Notes: a model not told the origin generated them from the sequence alone. 32,619 nucleotides of DNA from an uncultured Erysipelotrichaceae bacterium (GCA_937902945.1 CALEMD010000361.1:1-32619), one strand, 5' to 3'; counted from the stretch's first letter, positions 8,287-18,196 are shown. Made by a program: numbers and translations.

Positions 8287-10280
8287 AAAAACAGATCGTT
8301 GCATTGATAGGCAATCCGAACAGCGGCAAGACAACTCTGTTCAATCGTCTGACTGGAAGCAAGCAGCATGTCGGCAACTGGCCGGGCGTTACAATTGAGA
8401 AAAAAGAAGGCGTGTTTCAGTACCAGGAACACGAGATAACACTGGTAGATCTGCCAGGAATCTACAGCCTTTCTACATACAGCCTTGAAGAAGTTGTTTC
8501 TAGAGACTACATCATGCAGGAACATCCGGATCTGATTATTGATATTATTGATGGATCAAATCTGGAAAGAAATCTGTACCTTTGTCTGCAGCTGAAAGAA
8601 CTAGGCTTGCCGATGGTTGTGGCCATCAATATGCTGGATGAACTTGAATCAAAGGGAATCAGACTGGATATAGAAAAGCTGTCTAAGAAGATCAATACAC
8701 CGGTAGTAGCCATCTCAGCAAAGAATGGTGAAGGCGTGCAGAAGCTTGTGCATGATCTGATTCACAGTACGTTTGCGTCAACATATACATATGATGCAGA
8801 TACAGAAAACAGTCTTGCGGAAGTGCATGAACTGATTAAGGATTTGCCGCATGACGCAACACATGAGAAATTCTATGATTCAAAGCTTCTTGAAAACGAT
8901 GAACTGTTTGTCAGAGAGATGAAGCTTGATGATAAGCGCTCTGCAGAACTTGAATCTATTCAGAAGCGATTCTGTGAAAAGAAACATCAGACGGATATCG
9001 ACATGGCAGTGGCAGATACACGCTACAGCCATATAGATGCAATCATGAAGGAATGCGTAACCAATCCGCATAGATCTGACATCTCTGTGTCCGATAGAAT
9101 TGATATGCTTTTGACAAACAAATATCTTGGAATTCCGATGTTCTTTGTAATTCTCCTGATTATGTTCATGGTCACATTCGGCTCTTTTGGAACGTGGCTG
9201 CAGGAACTTGTGACAGGCGGAATCGGCACGCTGTCTGATTCTGTTCAGCATCTGATGACTGTTTCTGCAGTTCATCCGATTCTGATTGACCTTGTCAGTA
9301 CAGTGTTTACAGGTGTGGGCAGTGTTCTGTCTTTTATGCCGCAGATCATGCTGCTGTTTCTGTTTCTTTCAGTCATGGAAGATTCAGGGTATATGTCAAG
9401 AGCCGCATTCTTAATGGACAGCATGCTGCAGAAGATCGGCTTGAATGGGAAAGCATTCATTCCAATGCTGATGGGGTTTGGCTGTTCTGTGCCTGGCATC
9501 ATGGCATCCCGTGTGATGGAAAAGCCGGAAGATAGAAAGATGGCAATGATTCTGATTCCGTTCATGAGCTGCGGAGCAAGACTGCCGGTGTATGTCATGT
9601 TTGCGTCTGTGTTCTTCCCAGCACATAAGGGACTCGTTATATTCAGCATGTATATTCTGGGAATTGCTGTCGCAATACTCGCCGGACTTCTGCTGAAGAA
9701 TACAGCATTCAAAAACAGCGGTTCAACATTCATACTTGAACTGCCGCCATATCGTTTGCCTTCCTTTCGCAACACCATGGCACATATGTGGGAGAAGGCA
9801 AAGGGATTTCTCATCAAGGCTGGAACAACCATTCTTCTATGTACAGTTATTCTGTGGTTTGTGACAAGCTTCAGCTTCACACTGCAGTATGTAAGTGATG
9901 CATCACAGTCAATGATAGCAATTGCCGGTCAGTATATTTCGTGGATATTCATTCCGTTAGGATTTGGCACGTGGCAGGCATTTATTTCTCTAGTGTCAGG
10001 ATTCATTGCCAAAGAGAACATCATATCAACGATGGCAATTCTGTACTCATCCGGAAGCATTGCGGCTTTGCCGGCAGCCTTAGCTAAGGTATTTACACCG
10101 GTATCTGCAGTTGCGTTTATGAGCTTTACACTGCTGTACGTTCCGTGTGTTGCAACAGTCGCAACGATCCGCAAAGAAAGCAACTCGCCAATGTTTGCGT
10201 TTAAAACCATGCTGTTTCAGACAGGTGTTGCTTATATAACTGCATTGATTATCAGCGTGATTGGAAACCTTATATTCTAA
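8283..10280 (+). CDS. feoB: Ferrous iron transport protein B (second paralog)
   Basis: GNPNSGKT, VGNWPGVT, DLPG, NMLD, GCSVP, SCGARLP, PCVAT; ATGA overlap with feoA. Confidence 0.96.
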   Translation: MKKQIVALIGNPNSGKTTLFNRLTGSKQHVGNWPGVTIEKKEGVFQYQEHEITLVDLPGIYSLSTYSLEEVVSRDYIMQEHPDLIIDIIDGSNLERNLYLCLQLKELGLPMVVAINMLDELESKGIRLDIEKLSKKINTPVVAISAKNGEGVQKLVHDLIHSTFASTYTYDADTENSLAEVHELIKDLPHDATHEKFYDSKLLENDELFVREMKLDDKRSAELESIQKRFCEKKHQTDIDMAVADTRYSHIDAIMKECVTNPHRSDISVSDRIDMLLTNKYLGIPMFFVILLIMFMVTFGSFGTWLQELVTGGIGTLSDSVQHLMTVSAVHPILIDLVSTVFTGVGSVLSFMPQIMLLFLFLSVMEDSGYMSRAAFLMDSMLQKIGLNGKAFIPMLMGFGCSVPGIMASRVMEKPEDRKMAMILIPFMSCGARLPVYVMFASVFFPAHKGLVIFSMYILGIAVAILAGLLLKNTAFKNSGSTFILELPPYRLPSFRNTMAHMWEKAKGFLIKAGTTILLCTVILWFVTSFSFTLQYVSDASQSMIAIAGQYISWIFIPLGFGTWQAFISLVSGFIAKENIISTMAILYSSGSIAALPAALAKVFTPVSAVAFMSFTLLYVPCVATVATIRKESNSPMFAFKTMLFQTGVAYITALIISVIGNLIF

Positions 10281-10332
10281 ACAGATGATATGATGGCAGT
10301 AGCAGATAATAAAGCACAGGGAGAATTGCCAT

Positions 10333-10971
10333 ATGGAAAAAATACAGACAGGACAGTATTCTGTTCTTAGAACAGAGGGAAACGGCATTGCCGTGTACAC
10401 TGCTGAAGAAGAGTCTGTTCTGGAAGTATTTGAGAAGGCTTATCCGCAGTGCTTTTTTGTTTCTCTGCAGGCCATGGATTGGGAAAGAGATTTCTCACCA
10501 TGGCCTTCAGAGAAAGTGTTTCGCTCTGGCAGAAGCTTCCAAGGCGGAGCGGATGCGTTTATCGAGACATTGAAAACGGAAATCATGCCAATGGCTGAAA
10601 TGAATAGACAGGTTGATAAAAGGTTGTTCATCGGTTATTCGCTTGCCGGTTTGTTTGGTCTGTATCTAGGCACGAAAACAGAACTGTTCTCAGGAATAGC
10701 CTCTGTATCGGGATCGCTTTGGTATCCGGGATTCGTTGATTATCTGAGAAACAATCCAATACACGCTGAAGATATCTATCTTTCTCTTGGTGATCAGGAG
10801 CATCTATCGAAGTCGCCTGTACTGCAGAAAGTAGATGACTGCACAAAACAAACTGAAGAAATATTAAAAACGAAACAGCAGGTTGTATTCGAAAAGAATC
10901 CGGGCGGACATTTCAATGATCCATCTGGAAGAGAAATGAAAGCAATTAATTGGCTTCTGCAGAAACATTGA
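10333..10971 (+). CDS. Alpha/beta hydrolase (putative esterase family)
   Basis: Nucleophile elbow GYSLAG, SVSGSLW, C-terminal GGHF. Confidence 0.85.
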   Translation: MEKIQTGQYSVLRTEGNGIAVYTAEEESVLEVFEKAYPQCFFVSLQAMDWERDFSPWPSEKVFRSGRSFQGGADAFIETLKTEIMPMAEMNRQVDKRLFIGYSLAGLFGLYLGTKTELFSGIASVSGSLWYPGFVDYLRNNPIHAEDIYLSLGDQEHLSKSPVLQKVDDCTKQTEEILKTKQQVVFEKNPGGHFNDPSGREMKAINWLLQKH

Positions 10972-11045
10972 AAAGTGTATAATTCTGTGCAATAATAATA
11001 TTGAAATGTGTGCTATATAAGCTACAAAATATATTGAAAAATGTA
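10967..11045 (+). repeat. Three direct repeats (ATTGAAAwrTGT) at an exact 33-bp period
   Basis: ATTGAAAAGTGTA 10967, ATTGAAATGTGTG 11000, ATTGAAAAATGTA 11033. Confidence 0.7.
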
Positions 11046-11075
11046 GTTAATAGCTCGCCTGTACAGGAGGTAATC

Positions 11076-12392
11076 ATGCTATACAGAAAGATTGATGCCT
11101 TTATTGAAGGATACTTACAGACTGATTCGGGCAAAATTCTGATCATTGATGGCGCAAGACAAGTAGGGAAAACATATAGTATAAGTCATGCTGGCAGAAA
11201 GTTATTTTCTAATTATATTGAAATCAATTGCGTTGAGGATGCTGTTGGGCAGAGACTGTTTGCAGATATAAGAACGATCGAGGACTTCTACTTTCAGGTA
11301 AGCATGGTGGCAGGCGACAGAATGCATGAAAAAGAAAACACTTTGATTTTTCTTGATGAAATTCAAGAATATCCGCAGCTGCTCACTTTATTAAAATTTC
11401 TGAAGAAAGATGACCGATTTACATACATAGCAAGTGGATCACTGCTCGGAGTAACACTGGCACAGACAACTTCAATTCCTATTGGAAGCATTGAAGTCAA
11501 AAGGATGTACCCGCTTGATTTCGAAGAATGGCTATATGCAAATGGTTTAGGCAGACAGACGATTGATATTATGCGGCAGAAATTTCATGAACATGAGAGC
11601 TTAGATGAGACAGCTCATTTAAGAATGATGGACCTATTTAAAAAGTATTTGCTGGTCGGAGGTCTTCCTGATGCAGTCAATTCATATCTAGCTGAGAAAA
11701 ACATTGTTGCTGTACGGACTATTCAAAGCCAGATACATGAATACTATGCGGCTGATGCATCAAAATATGAGGCGGCTCGCAAACTGAAAATACGCAGAGT
11801 TTACGATATGATCCCATCCATGCTTGAAAATAAGAAAAAAAGAATTGTTGCACAGGAAATAGAGAATAAGCATGGGAAACGTTTCAGTGATTATACAGAT
11901 GAGTTTGATTATCTGATCAGTGCTGGGATTGCACTTGATGTAAAGGCAATAGCCAATCCAAGTTTTCCCCTTATTGAATCAGAAAGCAAGAATCTTCTGA
12001 AGCTATATCTGAATGATGTTGGAATTCTGACTGGAATACTTTATCAGAATAATATCAGAGCTGTTCTTGATGATGTTAGAAGCATCAATCTTGGGTCTGT
12101 ATATGAATCAGCAGTTGCGTGTGAACTTGCAGCACATGGTCATAAGCTGTTTTACTATGACAATCGAAAGAAAGGTGAAGTTGATTATCTGATAGATGAT
12201 TATGATTCACTTTCTGCTGTGCCATTGGAAGTGAAGTCAGGGAAAGATTATACCGTTCATTGTGCTTTGAACAATTTCACAGAGAATGAAGACTATCATA
12301 TTAATAAAGCATATGTTCTTTCTAACGAGAGAGAAATTTCTCAAAAAGGCAGAATTATATATATCCCAGTATATGACGTTATGTTCTTCTGA
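11076..12392 (+). CDS. AAA_14 ATPase with DUF4143 / PD-(D/E)xK-like C-terminus
   Basis: AGGAGG RBS; Walker A GARQVGKT, Walker B IFLDEIQ, ASGS, MYPLDFEE, VGGLP, KLYLNDVG, EVDYL...PLEVKSG. Confidence 0.9.
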   Translation: MLYRKIDAFIEGYLQTDSGKILIIDGARQVGKTYSISHAGRKLFSNYIEINCVEDAVGQRLFADIRTIEDFYFQVSMVAGDRMHEKENTLIFLDEIQEYPQLLTLLKFLKKDDRFTYIASGSLLGVTLAQTTSIPIGSIEVKRMYPLDFEEWLYANGLGRQTIDIMRQKFHEHESLDETAHLRMMDLFKKYLLVGGLPDAVNSYLAEKNIVAVRTIQSQIHEYYAADASKYEAARKLKIRRVYDMIPSMLENKKKRIVAQEIENKHGKRFSDYTDEFDYLISAGIALDVKAIANPSFPLIESESKNLLKLYLNDVGILTGILYQNNIRAVLDDVRSINLGSVYESAVACELAAHGHKLFYYDNRKKGEVDYLIDDYDSLSAVPLEVKSGKDYTVHCALNNFTENEDYHINKAYVLSNEREISQKGRIIYIPVYDVMFF

Positions 12393-12423
12393 TCGTCTGA
12401 CTGCTTGTCACTAAGCGGTATGT

Positions 12424-12453
12424 TTTACAAACATTCAATAAAACTGTTACTAT
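12424..12453 (+). promoter_or_regulatory. Sigma-A-like promoter
   Basis: TTTACA, 18 bp spacer, TGtTACTAT upstream of an AGGAGG RBS. Confidence 0.5.
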
Positions 12454-12469
12454 GTGAGAGGAGGAAGAT

Positions 12470-13174
12470 ATGGAACTGATAGATAGAGTGTTCAGTGATT
12501 ATTATCATCAGTATATTGTCATTGAAGCAGATGATCTGACAGAGAATTTTAAAGATCAGATTGCTGTGCATAATGATGATTGTTTTGCGTTGTGCTCTTC
12601 CTTTATTGATTCAGAAGGTGCATTGAAGTTCAATGTTCTTGGAATAGGCAGTTCATGGCAAAGATGCACAAGAGGTCTGCGCCGAAGAAAAATGCTGGGA
12701 ATACTGAATGCAGATGAAGTCGCAGATAAGGATTCACGTCTGATTACTCCGGATATGAGAATGCTTCGCAAGAATACGGAGTGGATACTGGAACAGGAAA
12801 AGTATGCAGATACAGATCTGATTGCGACAAGAAATGACAGCCGTCTTGATAATGTAAGAGATTATGATTATCCGGATATTGTAGAAGTAGGTATTCTTCA
12901 TAAAGATAGAATACGAGAATATGGAATGCTGGTGACTGGATTCAACGGTCCGTTTCTAGAGGGCACACTTGCAGAAGAACCAATGCCAGCTATAGGGATT
13001 CATCAGAATACATTGATCAGAGCACTGCCTTATCAGGTAGAGGATACCTTCAGACTTCTTGCCATCTTTACCGGAGATCATCTCAGCCGTAAAGATCAGA
13101 AAGCCATGCAGGAATTGATTAAGGAAGGTACTGCATCAGGATTTGGCTTCAGCGACGGAATCATGAAAAGTTAG
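12470..13174 (+). CDS. Hypothetical protein
   Basis: 234 aa ORF with strong RBS; no motif recognised; 7 bp from the next gene. Confidence 0.75.
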   Translation: MELIDRVFSDYYHQYIVIEADDLTENFKDQIAVHNDDCFALCSSFIDSEGALKFNVLGIGSSWQRCTRGLRRRKMLGILNADEVADKDSRLITPDMRMLRKNTEWILEQEKYADTDLIATRNDSRLDNVRDYDYPDIVEVGILHKDRIREYGMLVTGFNGPFLEGTLAEEPMPAIGIHQNTLIRALPYQVEDTFRLLAIFTGDHLSRKDQKAMQELIKEGTASGFGFSDGIMKS

Positions 13175-13181
13175 GTAGAAT

Positions 13182-13817
13182 ATGAGTGAAATAAAATATA
13201 CATGCCCTTACTGCGGTAAGGAGTTTGACATTACAACATATGACAGCGTACATGCAGATGATGATCCGGATCTCAGGGAAAGATGCATCAGCGGTGATCT
13301 TTTCAGATATTCATGCCCGCACTGCAAGAAAGATTTTATGATCCAGTATCCGCTGGTATATTCCGACCGTGAGCATCAGTTTGTTCTGTGGCTGAGTACA
13401 CAGGAAGTCAAAGATACATTGAAGAAACAGGCTATTCCTCTGATTGCTCAAGGCTATAGACTTCGCAGGGTTGCGACTATACAGCAGTTGGCAGAGAAGA
13501 TCCAGATTTTTGAAGATGGTGTATCTGATGTTGCGGTTGAACTGGCAAAGTTTGACAGTTTCATTGATTTCACAGAAAACCGCAATGGCAAAAAAGAAGA
13601 TATAACTGCAATTGAGTATCAAAGAACAAAAGATGATGTGATGAAGATCAACATCAGAACCGATGATAAGGGAATGTCTTTTCTGATACCGGCAGGTTCC
13701 CTGCAGGAAGAACTGGATCAGCATAAAGACAGATATGCTGTAGATGATTCTGAATTTCCTCTGATTGACAGTCAATGGATGACTGAACTGTTTCAAGAGA
13801 GTGCTGGCAAAGCCTAA
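13182..13817 (+). CDS. CpXC domain-containing (zinc-binding) protein
   Basis: CPYCG...DPDLRERCISGDLFRYSCPHC...YPLVYSD; LAEKIQIFEDG. Confidence 0.8.
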   Translation: MSEIKYTCPYCGKEFDITTYDSVHADDDPDLRERCISGDLFRYSCPHCKKDFMIQYPLVYSDREHQFVLWLSTQEVKDTLKKQAIPLIAQGYRLRRVATIQQLAEKIQIFEDGVSDVAVELAKFDSFIDFTENRNGKKEDITAIEYQRTKDDVMKINIRTDDKGMSFLIPAGSLQEELDQHKDRYAVDDSEFPLIDSQWMTELFQESAGKA

Positions 13818-13897
13818 ATCCAATCAGAAAGAGTATTCTTTCTGAATGTTTTTATAAATATGGCGAAATCTTTTTTCGTATGCGAAAGGAGAGTATC

Positions 13898-14632
13898 ATG
13901 CTATACTAAGAGTATTTTGGCAACATCCAGCAGCTTTTAAACCAAGCATTGGAAACACAGGGACCAGCGATTGAAAAAGCATCAAGAACAATTGCAGACA
14001 GTATTAAGAATGGCGGAGTTCTGCATATGTTCGGATGCGGACATTCGCAGATGTTCGGAATGGAGATGTTCTATCGGGCAGGAGGTTTGGTGCCGGTAAA
14101 CTGCATTCTGTCACCGCAGGTGTCATTGTATCCTCATGCACATTGGAGCACTTTCAGTGAACGCATGACAGGACTTGCAGAAGAAATTCTTTCTGAAGAG
14201 AAGATCAAACCCGGAGACATTATGCTGATCACATCCATTGCCGGGCGCAATGCATTGCCTTATGAGATTGCACTTGGTGCAAAGAACAGAGGCTGCACAT
14301 TGATCGGATTGTATTCAAAAGCATTTTCCAGCAGTGTAACACCGCGTCATCCAAGCGGTCACTTCTATCATGAACTCTGTGACATTCTTCTCGATGTAGG
14401 ATGCGAACCTGGAGATGCAAGCATGTTTATTGAAGGACTTGACAGCAAGTTTGCACCAACGTCTTCAGTAATCGGCTTTACGATTCTTGAGTCAATCGAA
14501 GCACAGGTTATAGAAGATTTAGTACATGATGGATATACACCGCCGCTCTTTGTCAGCGGAAACCTTGATAAGGGTGATGAAATAATCAAGAAGTATGTAG
14601 CACAGTATAAGGATAGAATTCCAGGCCTGTAA
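13898..14632 (+). pseudogene. SIS-domain phosphosugar isomerase with a TAA at codon 4
   Basis: AAAGGAG RBS, then ATG CTA TAC TAA GAG TAT TTT..., in frame with the 13949 ORF (FGCGHS, YRAGGL, SIAGRN, PTSS, PLFVSGN). Confidence 0.7.
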
Positions 14633-14776
14633 TGGATTGAGTCTTTGATGAGGAAGTGTGAGAAAGTCGTATATTTCGATCAAATATGTGCATTATTCGG
14701 TATGCCATTCTAAAATCTCACACAATTTTACATAATTTCGACATTATTCTGCGACATGGTATTGCTATTATACTAA

Positions 14777-14894
14777 TGCAGATCAAAGAGATCTGCACTG
14801 ATTGAATGCTCCCCCTTAGCAGACAGTCAGCGATTCTATCCCCTTATATAATAATTTAAAAAAGAGAGAAAGCCCGCAGGGCTTTTTCTCTTTT
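14777..14894 (+). ncRNA. Candidate trans-acting sRNA with C-rich anti-SD motifs
   Basis: -10 elements at 14763-14774, two hairpins, UCCCC(C)UU motifs at 14810 and 14839, strong terminator 14860-14894; the next gene has its own TATAAT (14909). Confidence 0.6.
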
Positions 14895-14932
14895 CTGTCT
14901 TCATGAAGTATAATGCAGTCAGGGAGAAAGAT

Positions 14933-15793
14933 ATGAAATATATATTCTGTGATATTGATGGTACATTATACAGTCCAAAGCTTGATGACATTCCATCCAG
15001 CGCTAAAAAGGCAATGAAAATTGCCAGAGAGAACGGCAATCGAATATACCTATGTACAGGAAGAGGATTGGCGGAGTGCCAGAAATATCTAGGCTATGAT
15101 GTGGACGGATTCATCTTTGCGGCAGGGGCTTTGATCTATGACAGCAAGAAGCGGATTTTTGATCATCCGTTTTTAAAGAGTGATGTGGTTAAGCTGAAGA
15201 GTATGCTGCACGAAAGAAATATTGGCTATGTATGTGAGGCAATGGCAGGCGCATATGCAGATGAGAAGGGAATGACAGCTATCATGAACTACTTCTGCGA
15301 TCCTTCTGTTTCATATGAGAAAAAGTATGCCAATGCAATGTCGAATGGATTCTATCCTGAAGAGTATGCACATGAAGATGATCCTATCTATAAGATATGC
15401 TGCTACAGCAATGATCTGAATCAGTTTACTAAACTAGCATCTGTATTGCCAGATCCTTACATCCTGACACTGACTGTCAGAGATCCGATTTATCAGAATC
15501 ATTGTTCGGAGATAACGAATTCATACTGCACAAAATCTACAGGCATCAAAGAAGTGCTGAAAAGACATGATGCAGGTTTCAAGGATGCAATTGCAATTGG
15601 AGACAGTGCCAATGATATACCTATGATCAGAGACTGCGGACTTGGCATTGCCATGGGAAATGCATTTGATGATGTGAAAGAAATTGCAGATTTTGTAACT
15701 ACAGATATTCTGGATAATGGAATATGGAATGCATTCAGAAAGGCAGGAGTATTAGGCAATGATAGCAACCTTGACACTGAATCCGGCGATTGA
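14933..15793 (+). CDS. Cof-type HAD-IIB hydrolase
   Basis: DIDGTL, CTGR, K motif (TKSTG), GDSAND..M, AMGNA. Confidence 0.92.
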   Translation: MKYIFCDIDGTLYSPKLDDIPSSAKKAMKIARENGNRIYLCTGRGLAECQKYLGYDVDGFIFAAGALIYDSKKRIFDHPFLKSDVVKLKSMLHERNIGYVCEAMAGAYADEKGMTAIMNYFCDPSVSYEKKYANAMSNGFYPEEYAHEDDPIYKICCYSNDLNQFTKLASVLPDPYILTLTVRDPIYQNHCSEITNSYCTKSTGIKEVLKRHDAGFKDAIAIGDSANDIPMIRDCGLGIAMGNAFDDVKEIADFVTTDILDNGIWNAFRKAGVLGNDSNLDTESGD

Positions 15794-16679
15794 TAAGATC
15801 GCCCATGTTAAGAAACTGATTGTCGGTGATCTGAACAGATTGAATGATGTTCGAATGTCAGTTGGCGGCAAAGGAATCAATGTAGCTAGAACACTGCGGG
15901 CATTGAATGAGAGAACTGAAGTGTTTACAATTACCGCCGGCACTGCAGGCATGCTTGTAGAACAGTATCTCAGAAGCAATTACTATATGGCTCACATTGT
16001 TAAAGCGGAAGGCAACACGCGTACAAATATCAAGATCATAGAAGAAGATGGCAGTCTGACAGAGATCAATGATGCAGGTCCTGTAGTAACAAAAGAAATT
16101 CTGAATCTGCTGACGATCAAGATGGTGCGCTCTTTGAAGAAGGGAGACACAATTGTACTTAGCGGAAGTATACCGGATTCTGTTCCGACAGCCATATACA
16201 AAGATCTGATTTTAAAAGCTAAGGATGCGGGGATACATACAATCTTAGATGCAGATGGAGAACCGTTCAGAGAAGGTGTAACTGCATTGCCGGATATAGT
16301 AAAGCCGAATGTCAGAGAACTGCGTGGATATTTTGGTGTTACTGAACAGATTGACGAAAAAGAAACCTGTTTATTGGCACAGAAACTTGCAAAGCAGGGA
16401 ATCGGTTTGGTGGCTGCATCAATGGGGCATCAAGGTGCTGTCTTTGCGAGTGCTGATCATGCATACTATGCAAAAGCAGTGAATGTACATACGGATTCAA
16501 CAGTGGGTGCTGGTGATGCCATGGTAGGTGCCATAGCATTTGCAAGACATGCCGGCTATGATGATGAGAAATTGATACGCATATCCATGGCTGCCAGTGC
16601 TGCGGCTTGCATGAGTCATGGAGTAAATATGGCCATCGTAGAAAAGCTGATGGATGAAGTGGAAATAGTCAGCTTATAA
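15759..16679 (+). CDS. 1-phosphofructokinase-family (PfkB) hexose kinase
   Basis: TLNPAID, GGKGINVA, SGSIP, KPNVREL, STVGAGD. Confidence 0.92.
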   Translation: MIATLTLNPAIDKIAHVKKLIVGDLNRLNDVRMSVGGKGINVARTLRALNERTEVFTITAGTAGMLVEQYLRSNYYMAHIVKAEGNTRTNIKIIEEDGSLTEINDAGPVVTKEILNLLTIKMVRSLKKGDTIVLSGSIPDSVPTAIYKDLILKAKDAGIHTILDADGEPFREGVTALPDIVKPNVRELRGYFGVTEQIDEKETCLLAQKLAKQGIGLVAASMGHQGAVFASADHAYYAKAVNVHTDSTVGAGDAMVGAIAFARHAGYDDEKLIRISMAASAAACMSHGVNMAIVEKLMDEVEIVSL

Positions 16680-16785
16680 TGGAGCCTAATTGTAATTTTG
16701 GTTCTGATTTAACAGTATTTCACTTAGATTCCAGAACTTTACTTCTTAGGGAAATCATTTTATTGTTAATGCATTGACCACAGAT

Positions 16786-18191
16786 ATGAAGATATATATA
16801 CAGCGAAGAGTTCTACTGAAAAAACTGATTGCAGCAACATTATCTGCCGCAATGCTGCTGATGACTGCAGCAACTTCTGTTTATGCAGAAGGAGAAGACT
16901 ATTCCGATGGGGATTACTGGAACAACTTATGCACTGGCGATGCAGTTATTTCAGCAGATCAGAAAACACAGTGTTCGGCTTACATTCAATACATCTCAAA
17001 TCAGTCTGCAGATCTTAAAACACAGCTGACGAAAATAGAAAGTCAAAGAGCTGAAATAGCCGATAATATTGCTGAGTATGCTGTTAAAATACAGGACTAT
17101 CAAGCTCAGGCTGATGAACTGAATGATGACATTGCGCTCTCAATGGAGAGATATCTGTTACAGAAGCACAGATTTCTAAGATACAGTCCAAGGTGGATGA
17201 GACACAGGCAGAAATTGATACTATTGAAAGTAAAATCAAAATAAGAATTGTCAATCAGCAATCCACAATGCGGACAAACTCTTATCTTGATATTCTTATG
17301 GGCGTAAGATCTTTCAATGATCTGATTCGTATTATCAATGGTTTAAGCGATATAACCAATTATGATCAGCAGACATCTATCACACTGTCGATACTGATTG
17401 ATCAGCTGAACAGCGATAAAACAGAACTGGAAACAGCAAAGGCTGAATTGGATGAAGATAAACAGACGATCGTTGATAAGCAGAACTCAATTCTGGCATT
17501 GAAGTATGAAGCAGAAGTCATTGAGCAGGAATTTCAGAAACAGGAATCCGATCTTGAAGCTGAGGGCAATAAAATTGCCGGTGACATAGAAGACATTCAG
17601 GCAAAAATGAAAGAAATCTCTTCTGCTATCAGTTCAATTGCGACTACAGCCGGCTGGACGTATCCTGTTCCTGGGGCTGTTATCAGTGCACATACCTGGT
17701 ACTACAACAGCGGAGGAATCCATATAGGCGAAGATTTTGCCGCAAAGCTTGGGAGCAATGTGTATGCGGCTGGCAACGGAGTTATTTTAAAAAGCACAGA
17801 TGGCTGTGAATATGGGTATCTTACAAACAAATGCGGATATCCAGGGGTTACAGGCGGAGGCAATCAGGTATATCTGCTTGCTAGCATCAATGGCGGTCTT
17901 TATGCAATCAAATATCTTCATCTGCTGAAAGGCACCACAATTGCACAGGGAACAGTTGTAAATGCTGGAGACATAATCGGCCAAGTTGGATCATCAGGGA
18001 ATTCCAGCGGTCCGCACTGCCATATTGAAGTTTATTATCTTGGAGATGACAGTGAGATGTCTACGTTTGCACAGAACTGGAATGGCGATATGACCTTTGG
18101 GTGTCAATATGGGCAGCCAGCATTGAATCATAAGTGCGAAGACAACTTCACAGCACCTTGCAGATTGCGTCCGGAAAGTGTATTTGGTTAG
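16786..18191 (+). pseudogene. Secreted coiled-coil + M23 peptidase (peptidoglycan hydrolase), split by a frameshift near 17135
   Basis: Signal peptide (..AATSVYA-EG); coiled coil continues in the -1 frame (DDIA/ALNGEISVTEAQISKIQSKVDETQ); M23 motifs HIGED, YLHL, GPHCHIE. Confidence 0.8.
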
Positions 18192-18196
18192 AAACT

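Noticed and set aside
10967-11045. Mini CRISPR array
   Set aside because: Repeats are only ~12 bp and degenerate, the 33-bp period is too short, and no cas genes are present.
14836-15039. 67-aa antisense ORF as a type I toxin
   Set aside because: It overlaps the HAD gene antisense, has no RBS and no continuous TM segment.
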